A stretch of DNA of 64,000 bases, taken from contig OZ241326.1 in NCBI GenBank assembly GCA_965199855.1, positions 2,624,001 through 2,688,000 on the forward strand, read 5' to 3'. Positions 51,901 to 59,755 of this stretch are shown here, piece after piece (the stretch's first letter is position 1; each line of letters opens with the position of its first letter). Made by a program: the position numbers and the translations under genes. This stretch comes from a bacterium. GTDB taxonomy: Bacteria; UBA8248. Below the pieces are notes generated by a model. It saw only the letters and a list, made by a program, of their open reading frames with translations. It ran no database searches and had not been told where the DNA came from.

Positions 51901-53284
51901 CCTCCGAGAGCATGGCGAGCGTCTGCTCGAAGGCGGCCCGCTCAAGCCCGGCGTAGGGCCGCGCGCGCCTGACGAGCGCCCAGAGCGCCTCCTCGTCCAT
52001 CTCCCCTCGCGCCGCGACCTCGGCCACCATCTGCTGGGCGAGGATGTCGAGGGGCGCGCGCGGGAATATGACGCTGTCGAGCGCGCCCGCCCGCGCCGCG
52101 CGAACGGCCGCCGCGCTCTGCAGGAGCTCGTCCCTCGTCAGGGGGAAGACGACGCCCTCGGGCACCGCGCCCTTCCAGTGGCCGGAGCGCCCCACGCGCT
52201 GCAGCAGGGAGGCGATGGCCCTGGGCGCGCCCAGGTGGCAGACGAGATCGACGTGGCCTATATCGATGCCGAGCTCGAGCGAGGCCGTGGCGACGACGGC
52301 GGACAACTCGCCTGATTTGAGCCGCGCCTCGGCGTCCAGGCGGATTTTGCGCGAGAGGGAGCCGTGGTGGGCGGCGACGCGCCCCTCCCCCAGCCGGGCG
52401 GCGAGCTGGTGCGCGGCGCGCTCGGCGAGCCGCCGGGTGTGGACGAACACGATGGTCGCGCGGCGCTTCTCGACGCGCGCGGCCAGACGGTCGAACGTCT
52501 CGCCCCAGAACTCGTGCGAGGCGACGGGGCCCATCTCCTGATCGGGGACTTCCACGCGGAGCGACATCTCGCGCCTGTGGCCCGCGTTCACGATCGCGCA
52601 GGCGGGGGTGCCGTCCTCCCGCAGCCCCCCCGCGCCGACGAGCAGCCGCGCGACCTCCCGGATGGGCTTCTGCGTGGCGCTCAGGCCGATGCGCTGAAGC
52701 CGCCGCCCGCAGAGGGCGTCCAGGCGCTCGAGCGAGAGGGCGAGGTGCGCCCCGCGCTTGTCGCCCGCCACCGCGTGTATCTCGTCGACGATGACGGCGC
52801 GCGCCGTCTCGAGCACGGCGCGGCTGCGCTCCGCCGTCAGGAGGATGTAGAGCGACTCCGGCGTGGTGATGAGGACGTGGGGGCGCTTCCTCAGCATGAG
52901 CCTGCGCTCGCGCGCCGGGGTGTCGCCCGAGCGAACGGATACCCGGATTTCGGGGAGCGCGAGGCCCTCCGCGCGCGCGAGGGCGCGAATCTCGCCCAGG
53001 GGCGCCTGAAGGTTCTTCTGGATGTCGCTGCCGAGCGCCTTCAGGGGGGAGACGTAGACGACGCGGCATTCATCTTCGAGCTCGCCCGCCAGCGCGCCGC
53101 GGACGAGGCCGTCGATCGACCACAGGAAGGCGGCCAGCGTCTTGCCCGAGCCCGTGGGCGCGGCGATGAGCGCGTCGCGCCCCTCCGCGATGGGCGGCCA
53201 GCCCGCCTCCTGCGGGGCGCTCGGCGCGCCGAACCTCTCCGCGAACCACCGCGCGACGAGGGGGTGAAAGGGGGGGGAGAGCAT
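48968..53284 (-). CDS. lhr: Lhr-family ATP-dependent helicase
   Basis: APTGSGKT, DEIH, SAT, SLELGID, QRVGRSGH; long C-terminal region with RRYGVV and RGGRFV. Confidence 0.92.
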   Translation of the reverse strand: MLSPPFHPLVARWFAERFGAPSAPQEAGWPPIAEGRDALIAAPTGSGKTLAAFLWSIDGLVRGALAGELEDECRVVYVSPLKALGSDIQKNLQAPLGEIRALARAEGLALPEIRVSVRSGDTPARERRLMLRKRPHVLITTPESLYILLTAERSRAVLETARAVIVDEIHAVAGDKRGAHLALSLERLDALCGRRLQRIGLSATQKPIREVARLLVGAGGLREDGTPACAIVNAGHRREMSLRVEVPDQEMGPVASHEFWGETFDRLAARVEKRRATIVFVHTRRLAERAAHQLAARLGEGRVAAHHGSLSRKIRLDAEARLKSGELSAVVATASLELGIDIGHVDLVCHLGAPRAIASLLQRVGRSGHWKGAVPEGVVFPLTRDELLQSAAAVRAARAGALDSVIFPRAPLDILAQQMVAEVAARGEMDEEALWALVRRARPYAGLERAAFEQTLAMLSEGVATSRGRRSAWLHRDRVNALVRPRRGARLCAITSGGAIPDAADYDVVEGAAETFVGRVNEDFAVESMAGDVFLLGNHSWRVRRVERDRVRVEDAEGLPPTIPFWLGEAPARTEELSEAVSSLREALAARPEAVDEAARLLRAECGLCESGAAQLLAYARETARALGRVPTRGEIVAERFFDEAGGMQLVIHSPYGGRVNRAWGHALRKRFCLTFDFELQAAATDDGIALSLSSQHSFPLEAIFGFARPDSLRKDMLQSALQSPAFANRWRWNAARALALPRRGGGRKTPIAIQRMRAEDLLAAVFPAQLACRDNHHGPIEPPDHPLVNETVENCLTEAMDLENLTALLRGIESGSVRTFCVETPAPSPMSHEILNANPYAFIDDAPLEERRSRAVPLRRSLPEGAEGARLDPAVIAEVRREAWPAPRGADEAHDALLSLCVLPEEDAAGEWAGWTEELLARNRLARAAWERGGRRRAGFVPAERMALLRAAIPGVALAPREIPVRGEADEAPAGEEARLALARGWMEALGPVSAEALAARVGLDVSDAEIALAALEGEGTVLRGRFADLSPGAPVEWCDRALLGRIHRGTLGKLRREIEPVTIADFIRCLLRWQRVHEESRLHGREGVLEAVRQLQGFELPAPAWEEEVLPARVRNYDPADLEELCLSGVLAWGRLRPGAQPPPREAAGRGRRSARPTRRALLAFVLREDAPMLVDARGAGEEAPANLSPAARAILDFLEERGASFLADVAAATGRLRTEVEEALWELVARGLVTGDGVAGLRALLMGASEKKRGERRLRALPGGRALARAAKERFLPVGRWSLWGAQDAPPDAEARREAFARQLLRRYGVVVRELAARESAAPRWRELVRVFRRLEARGEIRGGRFVSGLMGEQFALPEAVESLRAVRRLPKRGRPTIVHASDPLNLLGVILPGAKAPLRPRDVILYRDGLVADVGPLGEVRSRLENESFGTGGG

Positions 53285-53326
53285 GGCGTCAAACCCGCTC
53301 CGATATTCCGCAGCGCGCCGAGTCGA

Positions 53327-54163
53327 TCATCTGAACGCCGTTGTAGTTATCGGCGGTTTCTCCTGCTGTATCGCGTCTTTCAGCCTGTTGACCGCTATTT
53401 CTGAAAGATACGATCTCTCGGCGTCAATCCCGATGAAGCTCCTGCCGTTTCGCAGGGCGGCTACGCCGGTCGTCGCGCTTCCGCAGAACGGGTCGAGCAC
53501 GACGTCGCTCTCGTCCGTGCACGCCAGGATGATTCGCTCCAGGAGAGACTCGGGCTTCTGCGTCGGGTGCTTCCCGTATTTCTTCTCCCCGCTCCTGGGG
53601 GTTCCGATCGCCCAGACGCTGCGCATCTGCCGGCCCGGTTTTTTCATCATGTCTCCCGCCCACTCCGTCGTCTTCATCAACTCGTAGTTGAATTTATGCT
53701 TCGCCTTGCCGGTCTTGCGCGCCCAGATCAGGGTTTCATGGCTGGCGGCGAACATTCTGCAGGCCAGGTTCGGGGCCGCGTTCGGCTTATACCAGCATAT
53801 CTCGTTGAGCAGATGCCAGCCCTGGCTCTGAAGCGCGAACCCGCAGGCGTATATGGAATGATAGGTTCCCGAAACCCAGAAGGAGCCGTTCTTCTTCAGG
53901 ATTCTGCGGCACGCCTCGATCCAGGCGTAATGAAATTCATAATCCTTCTCTATTCCCCTGCTCGCGTCCCATTTCCCCTTGTCCACGCTCACGCGCCTTC
54001 CCGCGTGGCAGGTGAAGCCGCCGTTGGAAAGGTTGTAGGGAGGGTCCGCGAAGACCAGATCGACGCTTTCATCGGGAATGCCGGCCATGACCTCGACGGC
54101 GTCCCCGTTGAAGATCCTCGCGTTTTTTTCCGCGTAGAACGCCTCCCGCTTCTCCGCAGGCAT
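53327..54163 (-). CDS. Beta-class amino-DNA methyltransferase, DpnA/M2.DpnII-like
   Basis: FADPPYNLSNGG...SVDKGKWD, PNLACR, HPTQKP, DPFCGSATT. Confidence 0.9.
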   Translation of the reverse strand: MPAEKREAFYAEKNARIFNGDAVEVMAGIPDESVDLVFADPPYNLSNGGFTCHAGRRVSVDKGKWDASRGIEKDYEFHYAWIEACRRILKKNGSFWVSGTYHSIYACGFALQSQGWHLLNEICWYKPNAAPNLACRMFAASHETLIWARKTGKAKHKFNYELMKTTEWAGDMMKKPGRQMRSVWAIGTPRSGEKKYGKHPTQKPESLLERIILACTDESDVVLDPFCGSATTGVAALRNGRSFIGIDAERSYLSEIAVNRLKDAIQQEKPPITTTAFR

Positions 54164-54569
54164 GACGCGGCTCCCGTTGATTCACCGAAAGGCGATTGCG
54201 CGACCGCCTCGGCTTCCCCGCGTGATTCTCCCTGTTCGCAACGGCTCATTCTACCGCAGGCGCGGCGCTTCATCACGCAGACCGCCGGGCGCGCCGGGGG
54301 TGAAAGGCGCGCGCGCCGTCCGCGTTCATCATGCGGGCATTCTATTGCAACTTCAGCCCGCCCGCGAATTTGCAAAATCGCCGCGGCGGCGTATAATTTC
54401 CCGGAGCGACGCGCCCCCGACCGGAAAGACGCAGAAACGGGAAATGTGACATGATTTCCGACTTCCGGAGCACAGGGCGCGGGAGGCGCCTGAAGGTTGC
54501 TATCCTCATAGCTATAGCAACACCTGCCCTGCTCCGACAAAATCAGCCGCACCGCATCGGGCGGGCAAC

Positions 54570-55190
54570 GTGATGTATCGCGTTGATCGCAACAATTTCT
54601 ACAGCGAACAAAAGAACGCCACGATTTACACGCCGCCGGGCGTCAGCCGCTTTCTGTTCGGACTTCTCTGCGACAAAATCAACCCTTCGGGCATGGTTCT
54701 AGACCCGTGCGTCGGAGCCGGATCGCTGCTTCACCCCTTCCGCGAGGCCGGCTTTTCCACTCTGGGCATAGACATTGAAGGGCAGGGATTTTCCAACACC
54801 ATCATCCGCGATTTTCTCCTGTTCGAGGCGGACGAACTCCCGACGCCAGATCTGGTGATCGTCAATCCGCCGTTCAACATCGACCGCAAAACACAGGAAA
54901 TCGCCGCTCGAACCTTTGGCCGCCGGCCTTTGCTGCCCGAAGTCTGGCTGAGACAAATCATTGACCTGTGGGGAAAGGATATCCCCATAGCCTTGTTCGC
55001 TCCCTACGGCCTGCGTCTGAATCAAACGCTCACGAGCAGACGCTGGCGAAATTTCGCCGATGGAACCTACCCGGAAATCGCGTCCATCGTCTCACTGCCC
55101 AAAAACATTTACGCAGAGGTGCTGTTTCACAGCGAGGTATTGATATTCAACGTTGAAGGATTGAAAGGACACTACTTCTACGATGGCTAG
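54570..55190 (+). CDS. Short gamma-class N6-adenine DNA methyltransferase
   Basis: YTP (motif X), LDPCVGAGSL (I), NPPF (IV); about 206 aa. Confidence 0.82.
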   Translation: MMYRVDRNNFYSEQKNATIYTPPGVSRFLFGLLCDKINPSGMVLDPCVGAGSLLHPFREAGFSTLGIDIEGQGFSNTIIRDFLLFEADELPTPDLVIVNPPFNIDRKTQEIAARTFGRRPLLPEVWLRQIIDLWGKDIPIALFAPYGLRLNQTLTSRRWRNFADGTYPEIASIVSLPKNIYAEVLFHSEVLIFNVEGLKGHYFYDG

Positions 55191-55902
55191 ATCAGCGGAT
55201 CTGCGAAGGAGCGCAGCGCAGCGCAGTCCCAAAAATATCGAATCCAAGCGCAGCGACAAGGCGATTCATCTGGCGATGCGGGACTGCATAGAATATCTCG
55301 AAAACCGTCTTCAAGAATACCTGAACGGATATGAACTCGACTTCGGCACGAAAATATCCTTCGGCCAATTGATCTCGCTCATCCGGCATTCCAGGCAACG
55401 CCACGAGTTCGACACCGTTTTCGATGATCGCACCATCAAGCCTGATGGCGGGGTCATCTGGCTCAGGAAAACAAATGACAGCGATTACCTGCGGCTGATT
55501 CTGGTATCGGAAATCAAAAAACAGGGAACCAACAGGGCGCGGCAAGAGGAAGGAAAACCGAGACAGGCGCAAGGAAACGCCATAGAGCGACTGGGGAAGA
55601 ATCTCACGGGCATCCGGGCCGCCATGAACCACGAAGTCCTCACTCCCTTCGTATGCTTCGGCTGGGGCTGCGATTTCGAGGAAAGTTACACCAGAGACTC
55701 CTTCGTCATGTCGAAACTATCCATGATGAACGAGTTTTATCCGCTCAACCGGACCTACGTATTCAAAAAAGACGGCTCGTCCGATAAAAACCGTTTCTCC
55801 CCGATTTCGATGTATTTCAGGGAGCCGGAGTGGACGCGGGAAGAAATGCTCAAAATTCTAAAAGAGGTGGGTGAAACGTCGCTTCGTTATTATCTCTTCT
55901 AG
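55183..55902 (+). CDS. EcoRI-family type II restriction endonuclease
   Basis: IKPDGG...SEIKKQG (PD..ExK) and GNAIERLGKN; overlaps the MTase stop. Confidence 0.85.
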   Translation: MARSADLRRSAAQRSPKNIESKRSDKAIHLAMRDCIEYLENRLQEYLNGYELDFGTKISFGQLISLIRHSRQRHEFDTVFDDRTIKPDGGVIWLRKTNDSDYLRLILVSEIKKQGTNRARQEEGKPRQAQGNAIERLGKNLTGIRAAMNHEVLTPFVCFGWGCDFEESYTRDSFVMSKLSMMNEFYPLNRTYVFKKDGSSDKNRFSPISMYFREPEWTREEMLKILKEVGETSLRYYLF

Positions 55903-55972
55903 GCAAGGACGCATTGCGGCCGCATCGTTTGCGAAATTCCAGACGGGGAAGCCTGTCAATCAAGTGTGGCGT

Positions 55973-56917
55973 CTAATTTGTCGAGTGTGGGATATGGGTA
56001 TTCGTGAAAAAGCTGCGAAGATCAGGCTCGACTTTCCCGAATGATTCGCGACCGAGTTGAAATATCTTTTTCAGTTTGCGTGGGTCAGACTCCATGAAAT
56101 CTGTTTTATAGGAACTGTCGGAAAACGAACCGTCAATCCGCAAGGTTTCAATGTCTGGAAAAAACAACTTCAGCAATTTTTCAACAGTGTTGGAGCTTGT
56201 CCTCAAGAGCGTCATGAAGGTTTTGGTTGGACGTATAGCCGTGAGAAGTCCTGATATCAGTCGCCGCTTCGCTGGATAGCTTCCTGTTCCGATACTCAAT
56301 ATCCGAATGTCTTTGCGATGGACTGCAAGCGGCCCCAAAGCGTCCGCCAAGGCAAAAAGCGTGGGATTATTTGCCGTGAATCCCCCGTCTACGGCCATAA
56401 ACTCTCCGTGATCGGGGGTGGTTATGAGCTTTGTCTTGAAAAATGGATAAGCGGCGCAGGAAGCGATTACCGCATCTGATATTTTTACGCCAAAACCCGC
56501 CTTAAAACTGCTGGATCTCCCATGCGCCTGACTGACGAGCCGTTTGAACACCCTAGGGCGGTTGTATTCGAGATGGGTAGCAACAATGCCAACATTTACC
56601 TTGAATTCTTCGAAGGTTTTTTCACCATAGATTTTTCGCGCATGGCGATGCAACGCCGCGCTTCTTGAGCATCCTGAAAAACGCCCCATGACATCGGGTG
56701 CAATCTCAAAATAGCGCTTTCGAATCGTCGTCTCGACTCCATCACCCAGAGCGATCATCGAAGCTATGATTGAGCCTGTGCTGGTCCCATAAATAAGGGT
56801 GAATTTTTTGTGCAAGGGGCATTTTAACATGCGCTCTATTTCGACCAGCACGCCGAGAGTATAAACCCCAAGCGAGCCGCCGCCGTCGAGCGAAAGGATG
56901 AAAAAAGGCTGGCTCAT
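55973..56917 (-). CDS. Patatin-like phospholipase, CBASS effector (CapE/CapV-like)
   Basis: LSLDGGG, GTSTG, DGG; ATG 56917 overlaps the cyclase stop (ATGA). Confidence 0.88.
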   Translation of the reverse strand: MSQPFFILSLDGGGSLGVYTLGVLVEIERMLKCPLHKKFTLIYGTSTGSIIASMIALGDGVETTIRKRYFEIAPDVMGRFSGCSRSAALHRHARKIYGEKTFEEFKVNVGIVATHLEYNRPRVFKRLVSQAHGRSSSFKAGFGVKISDAVIASCAAYPFFKTKLITTPDHGEFMAVDGGFTANNPTLFALADALGPLAVHRKDIRILSIGTGSYPAKRRLISGLLTAIRPTKTFMTLLRTSSNTVEKLLKLFFPDIETLRIDGSFSDSSYKTDFMESDPRKLKKIFQLGRESFGKVEPDLRSFFTNTHIPHSTN

Positions 56918-57762
56918 GGCCAATTGTCCCATAGATGTATGAGCGCACTGATGCAGGCACGGGCGGCTTGAATACTTGTTTGATGTTCGCCCACGCCGAA
57001 CATTTTTTGTTGGCCGTTCTGGCAGACAAAAGAATCAAGAGAGTTATTTTCGCTGGCTTTCCCAAGGCAAATCAACACATTGCGAAATGTATTTTGATAA
57101 TTCACAGTGAAGTTATTTCTAGGAACATTGTAGAGCAGACATTCTAGAAAATACGAAGGGAAATCGTTGCCGGCCGCGTTTCTGGCGTTCTTGAAAACCC
57201 GAACGTTGGGCTTGTAACAATCGTTGCAACCCTGATTTTTCTCCGAACCGTTTTTGAGGTGCAGCTTAGGATAATTGATCACCTGTATTCCGTTCCGAGT
57301 CCAGAACGTTATCCCTTTTACGTACTGGTTGATATTCGAATATCTACGATATTCGCTACAAGGAACAACATCAGCGTTAAGCCGACTTCCAGGTCCAGTC
57401 ACCTTGATGCACTTATTGCCTTGGGTGACTAAATGGGCCCCGTAATAATTCGACATTGCTTTTTTCACTTCGTCCCGAAATTGCGCCCACGTGAACGAGC
57501 CGGGAGTCCATCCATATCTATGTTGCTCGCGATCTGGCACGTTGTGACAAAAAGCGTCCGTTTCGACAACTATATCAACATCACTGTCTCCACGAATGTT
57601 GGTGTGGTTTGGATAAGAACCCTGGAGATATACAGTGTAAGTCATATCACTAGGCCATTTATGCGCGCCAAGCGCTGTTTTGATGGAGGCGTAAGTATCG
57701 GCGGAGCCCTTTTGCGCGCCTAGTTGGGACCAGCTTTCAAGTTGCCGCTCAGGTATGACCAT
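56914..57762 (-). CDS. cGAS/DncV-like nucleotidyltransferase, CdnE clade (CBASS cyclase)
   Basis: YLQGSY...TNIRGDSDVDIVV, ADVVP, INYPK, PSYFLECLLYNVP. Confidence 0.9.
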   Translation of the reverse strand: MVIPERQLESWSQLGAQKGSADTYASIKTALGAHKWPSDMTYTVYLQGSYPNHTNIRGDSDVDIVVETDAFCHNVPDREQHRYGWTPGSFTWAQFRDEVKKAMSNYYGAHLVTQGNKCIKVTGPGSRLNADVVPCSEYRRYSNINQYVKGITFWTRNGIQVINYPKLHLKNGSEKNQGCNDCYKPNVRVFKNARNAAGNDFPSYFLECLLYNVPRNNFTVNYQNTFRNVLICLGKASENNSLDSFVCQNGQQKMFGVGEHQTSIQAARACISALIHLWDNWP

Positions 57763-57832
57763 AGATTGCCCCTAAATTTTACGGTATTTCCCAAATTAAA
57801 CCGAATCAGATTATTTATACAGTCTTGCCCCC

Positions 57833-59545
57833 CTAATCCGTCATCACGTACTCCCGGGCGCGGAAGGGGGCGCCGAGCTCCTCGGCCGCCACCTTGCGGC
57901 AGGCCTCAATGTCGATGAGGCCGGGCATGGCGACGGCGGTCACCTCCACCTCGGGGATGCAGTTCTTCGCCCAGCGGATGAACTCCTTGACGGCGGGGTA
58001 GGGATCCTCCACCCCCTTCGTCTTGCAGACCTTCGCGTAGGCCTCGGGGCTTTCCGCCTGGAGGGAGACGGAGACGGCGTCCACCAGGCCGCGCAGCTCG
58101 GGCAGGACGTTGCGCCCGTGCGTCCGGTTCGCCAGCCCGTTCGTCGTCAGGCGGACGCGCCGCGCCCCGCGCCGCTTGAGCTCGCCGGCCGCCTCCTTCA
58201 GGAGGTCGAGCCGCAGGGTCGGCTCCCCGAACCCGCTGAAGACGACCTCGGAGAAGCGCGAGGGATCGCCGGCGGCGGCGAGAACCTCGGCCAGGTCCGG
58301 CTCGTGGCCGAGGGCGAGGTTGCGCCCCCGATAGACGCGGTCGCTCAGCAGGCCGCAGTAGAAGCAGGCGTTCTGGCACTCGTTCGTGATGTTGAGGTAG
58401 AGCGCGTCTCCGAGGGCATAGGCGACGCGCCCCTCCTCGGGCGGCGGCCCGACGCCGAAGAGGCGGCGCGCGTTCTCGGTCGTCGCACGCGCGGCCTCCT
58501 CGACCGGGACGCCCCGAAGCTCCGCCAGCACCTCCGCCACCCGAACGAGGTAGGCCGGCTCGTTGCGCCCGCCCCGGTGGGGCGGGGGGGCGAGATAGGG
58601 GCTGTCCGTCTCCAGCAGGACGCGCTCCATCGGGACGCCCGCGAATACCTCCCGCAGCTCCTCCGAGCGCGAAAACGCGATGGCACCCCCCGCGCCCAGG
58701 TGGAAGTCCATGTCCAGGAACCTGCGGGCCTCCCCGGCGCCGCCCGTGAAGCAGTGGATGACCCCGCCCGCGCGCCAGGCCCTCTCCTCCTCGAGGATCG
58801 CGAGGACGTCCTCCGCCGCGTCGCGGCAGTGAACGGCGATGGGCTTTCTCGCCTCGACGGCGAGCCGTATCTGCTCGCGGAACCACCTGCGCTGAAGCTT
58901 GCGCGGCGCGCCCTCGCGGTAGTAGTCGAGGCCGATTTCGCCCACGGCCGCGACCTTCGGGTTCTCCAGGAGCCGGGCGAGGCCCTTGATGGTTCGCTCG
59001 TCCGCGCCCCCGACCTCGCTCGGGTGAACGCCGACGGCGGCGTGGACGCCCGCGTAGGAGACGGCGAGGTCCGCCGTCCTGCGGCTCGACTCCAGGCAGC
59101 TGCCCATCGAAATGACGTAGCGCACCCTCGCCTCGATGGCGCGCTCCACCGCCCCCCGGCGATCCGGATCGAACGCCTTGTCGATGAGGTGGGCGTGGGT
59201 ATCGACCAGAACGGGCAGGCCGTCCGCGGCGGGAAGGGCGGGGATGATGACGCGCGGCGCGGGGGCGCGCCCGGGGGGTCTGCGGCCTCCGCCCCCCCGG
59301 CCCGGACGCCGGCGGCGGGAGGCGTCGCGCGCCTCGCGGCTCTCCGCGGGCGCGCCGGATGCGGCCGCCTTCCGCGGACGCGCCCCGGGCGCCCGCCCCG
59401 CCGCCTGGTTCGCGGACTTGCGCGCCTCGGGGCGATGGCTCTCCCCGCGGCCCCGCCTGCGCCTGCGGCGGTTGTGGCGCCCCCGGCCCTCGCCGTCGGG
59501 ACGCGGGCGGGATTCCCCCTCGCCGGATTCGGATGATTCGCTCAC
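57833..59545 (-). CDS. TatD nuclease fused to a C-terminal radical SAM domain, with Arg-rich N-terminal extension
   Basis: DTHAH, VGEIGLDY, HCF, LETDSPY; CQNACFYC; GFGEP. Confidence 0.9.
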   Translation of the reverse strand: MSESSESGEGESRPRPDGEGRGRHNRRRRRRGRGESHRPEARKSANQAAGRAPGARPRKAAASGAPAESREARDASRRRRPGRGGGGRRPPGRAPAPRVIIPALPAADGLPVLVDTHAHLIDKAFDPDRRGAVERAIEARVRYVISMGSCLESSRRTADLAVSYAGVHAAVGVHPSEVGGADERTIKGLARLLENPKVAAVGEIGLDYYREGAPRKLQRRWFREQIRLAVEARKPIAVHCRDAAEDVLAILEEERAWRAGGVIHCFTGGAGEARRFLDMDFHLGAGGAIAFSRSEELREVFAGVPMERVLLETDSPYLAPPPHRGGRNEPAYLVRVAEVLAELRGVPVEEAARATTENARRLFGVGPPPEEGRVAYALGDALYLNITNECQNACFYCGLLSDRVYRGRNLALGHEPDLAEVLAAAGDPSRFSEVVFSGFGEPTLRLDLLKEAAGELKRRGARRVRLTTNGLANRTHGRNVLPELRGLVDAVSVSLQAESPEAYAKVCKTKGVEDPYPAVKEFIRWAKNCIPEVEVTAVAMPGLIDIEACRKVAAEELGAPFRAREYVMTD

Positions 59546-59755
59546 GCCATGAACTCCAGGCGCCCGCGAGGGGCGCGCATTTCACGAAGGCGGCAGCGCG
59601 TTCGCCGCGCGTCGAAGGATATTTCGATTGTCATCGCGGGCGAAGCCGCAAGCCCGAAGCCGACGGGAAAGCCATGGATTCCGCAACCCTTCCGCCTTGT
59701 CGGGATTGACGCGCGCGAAGCATACCATCGCCTTCACGCAAGGCGGACGCCGCGC

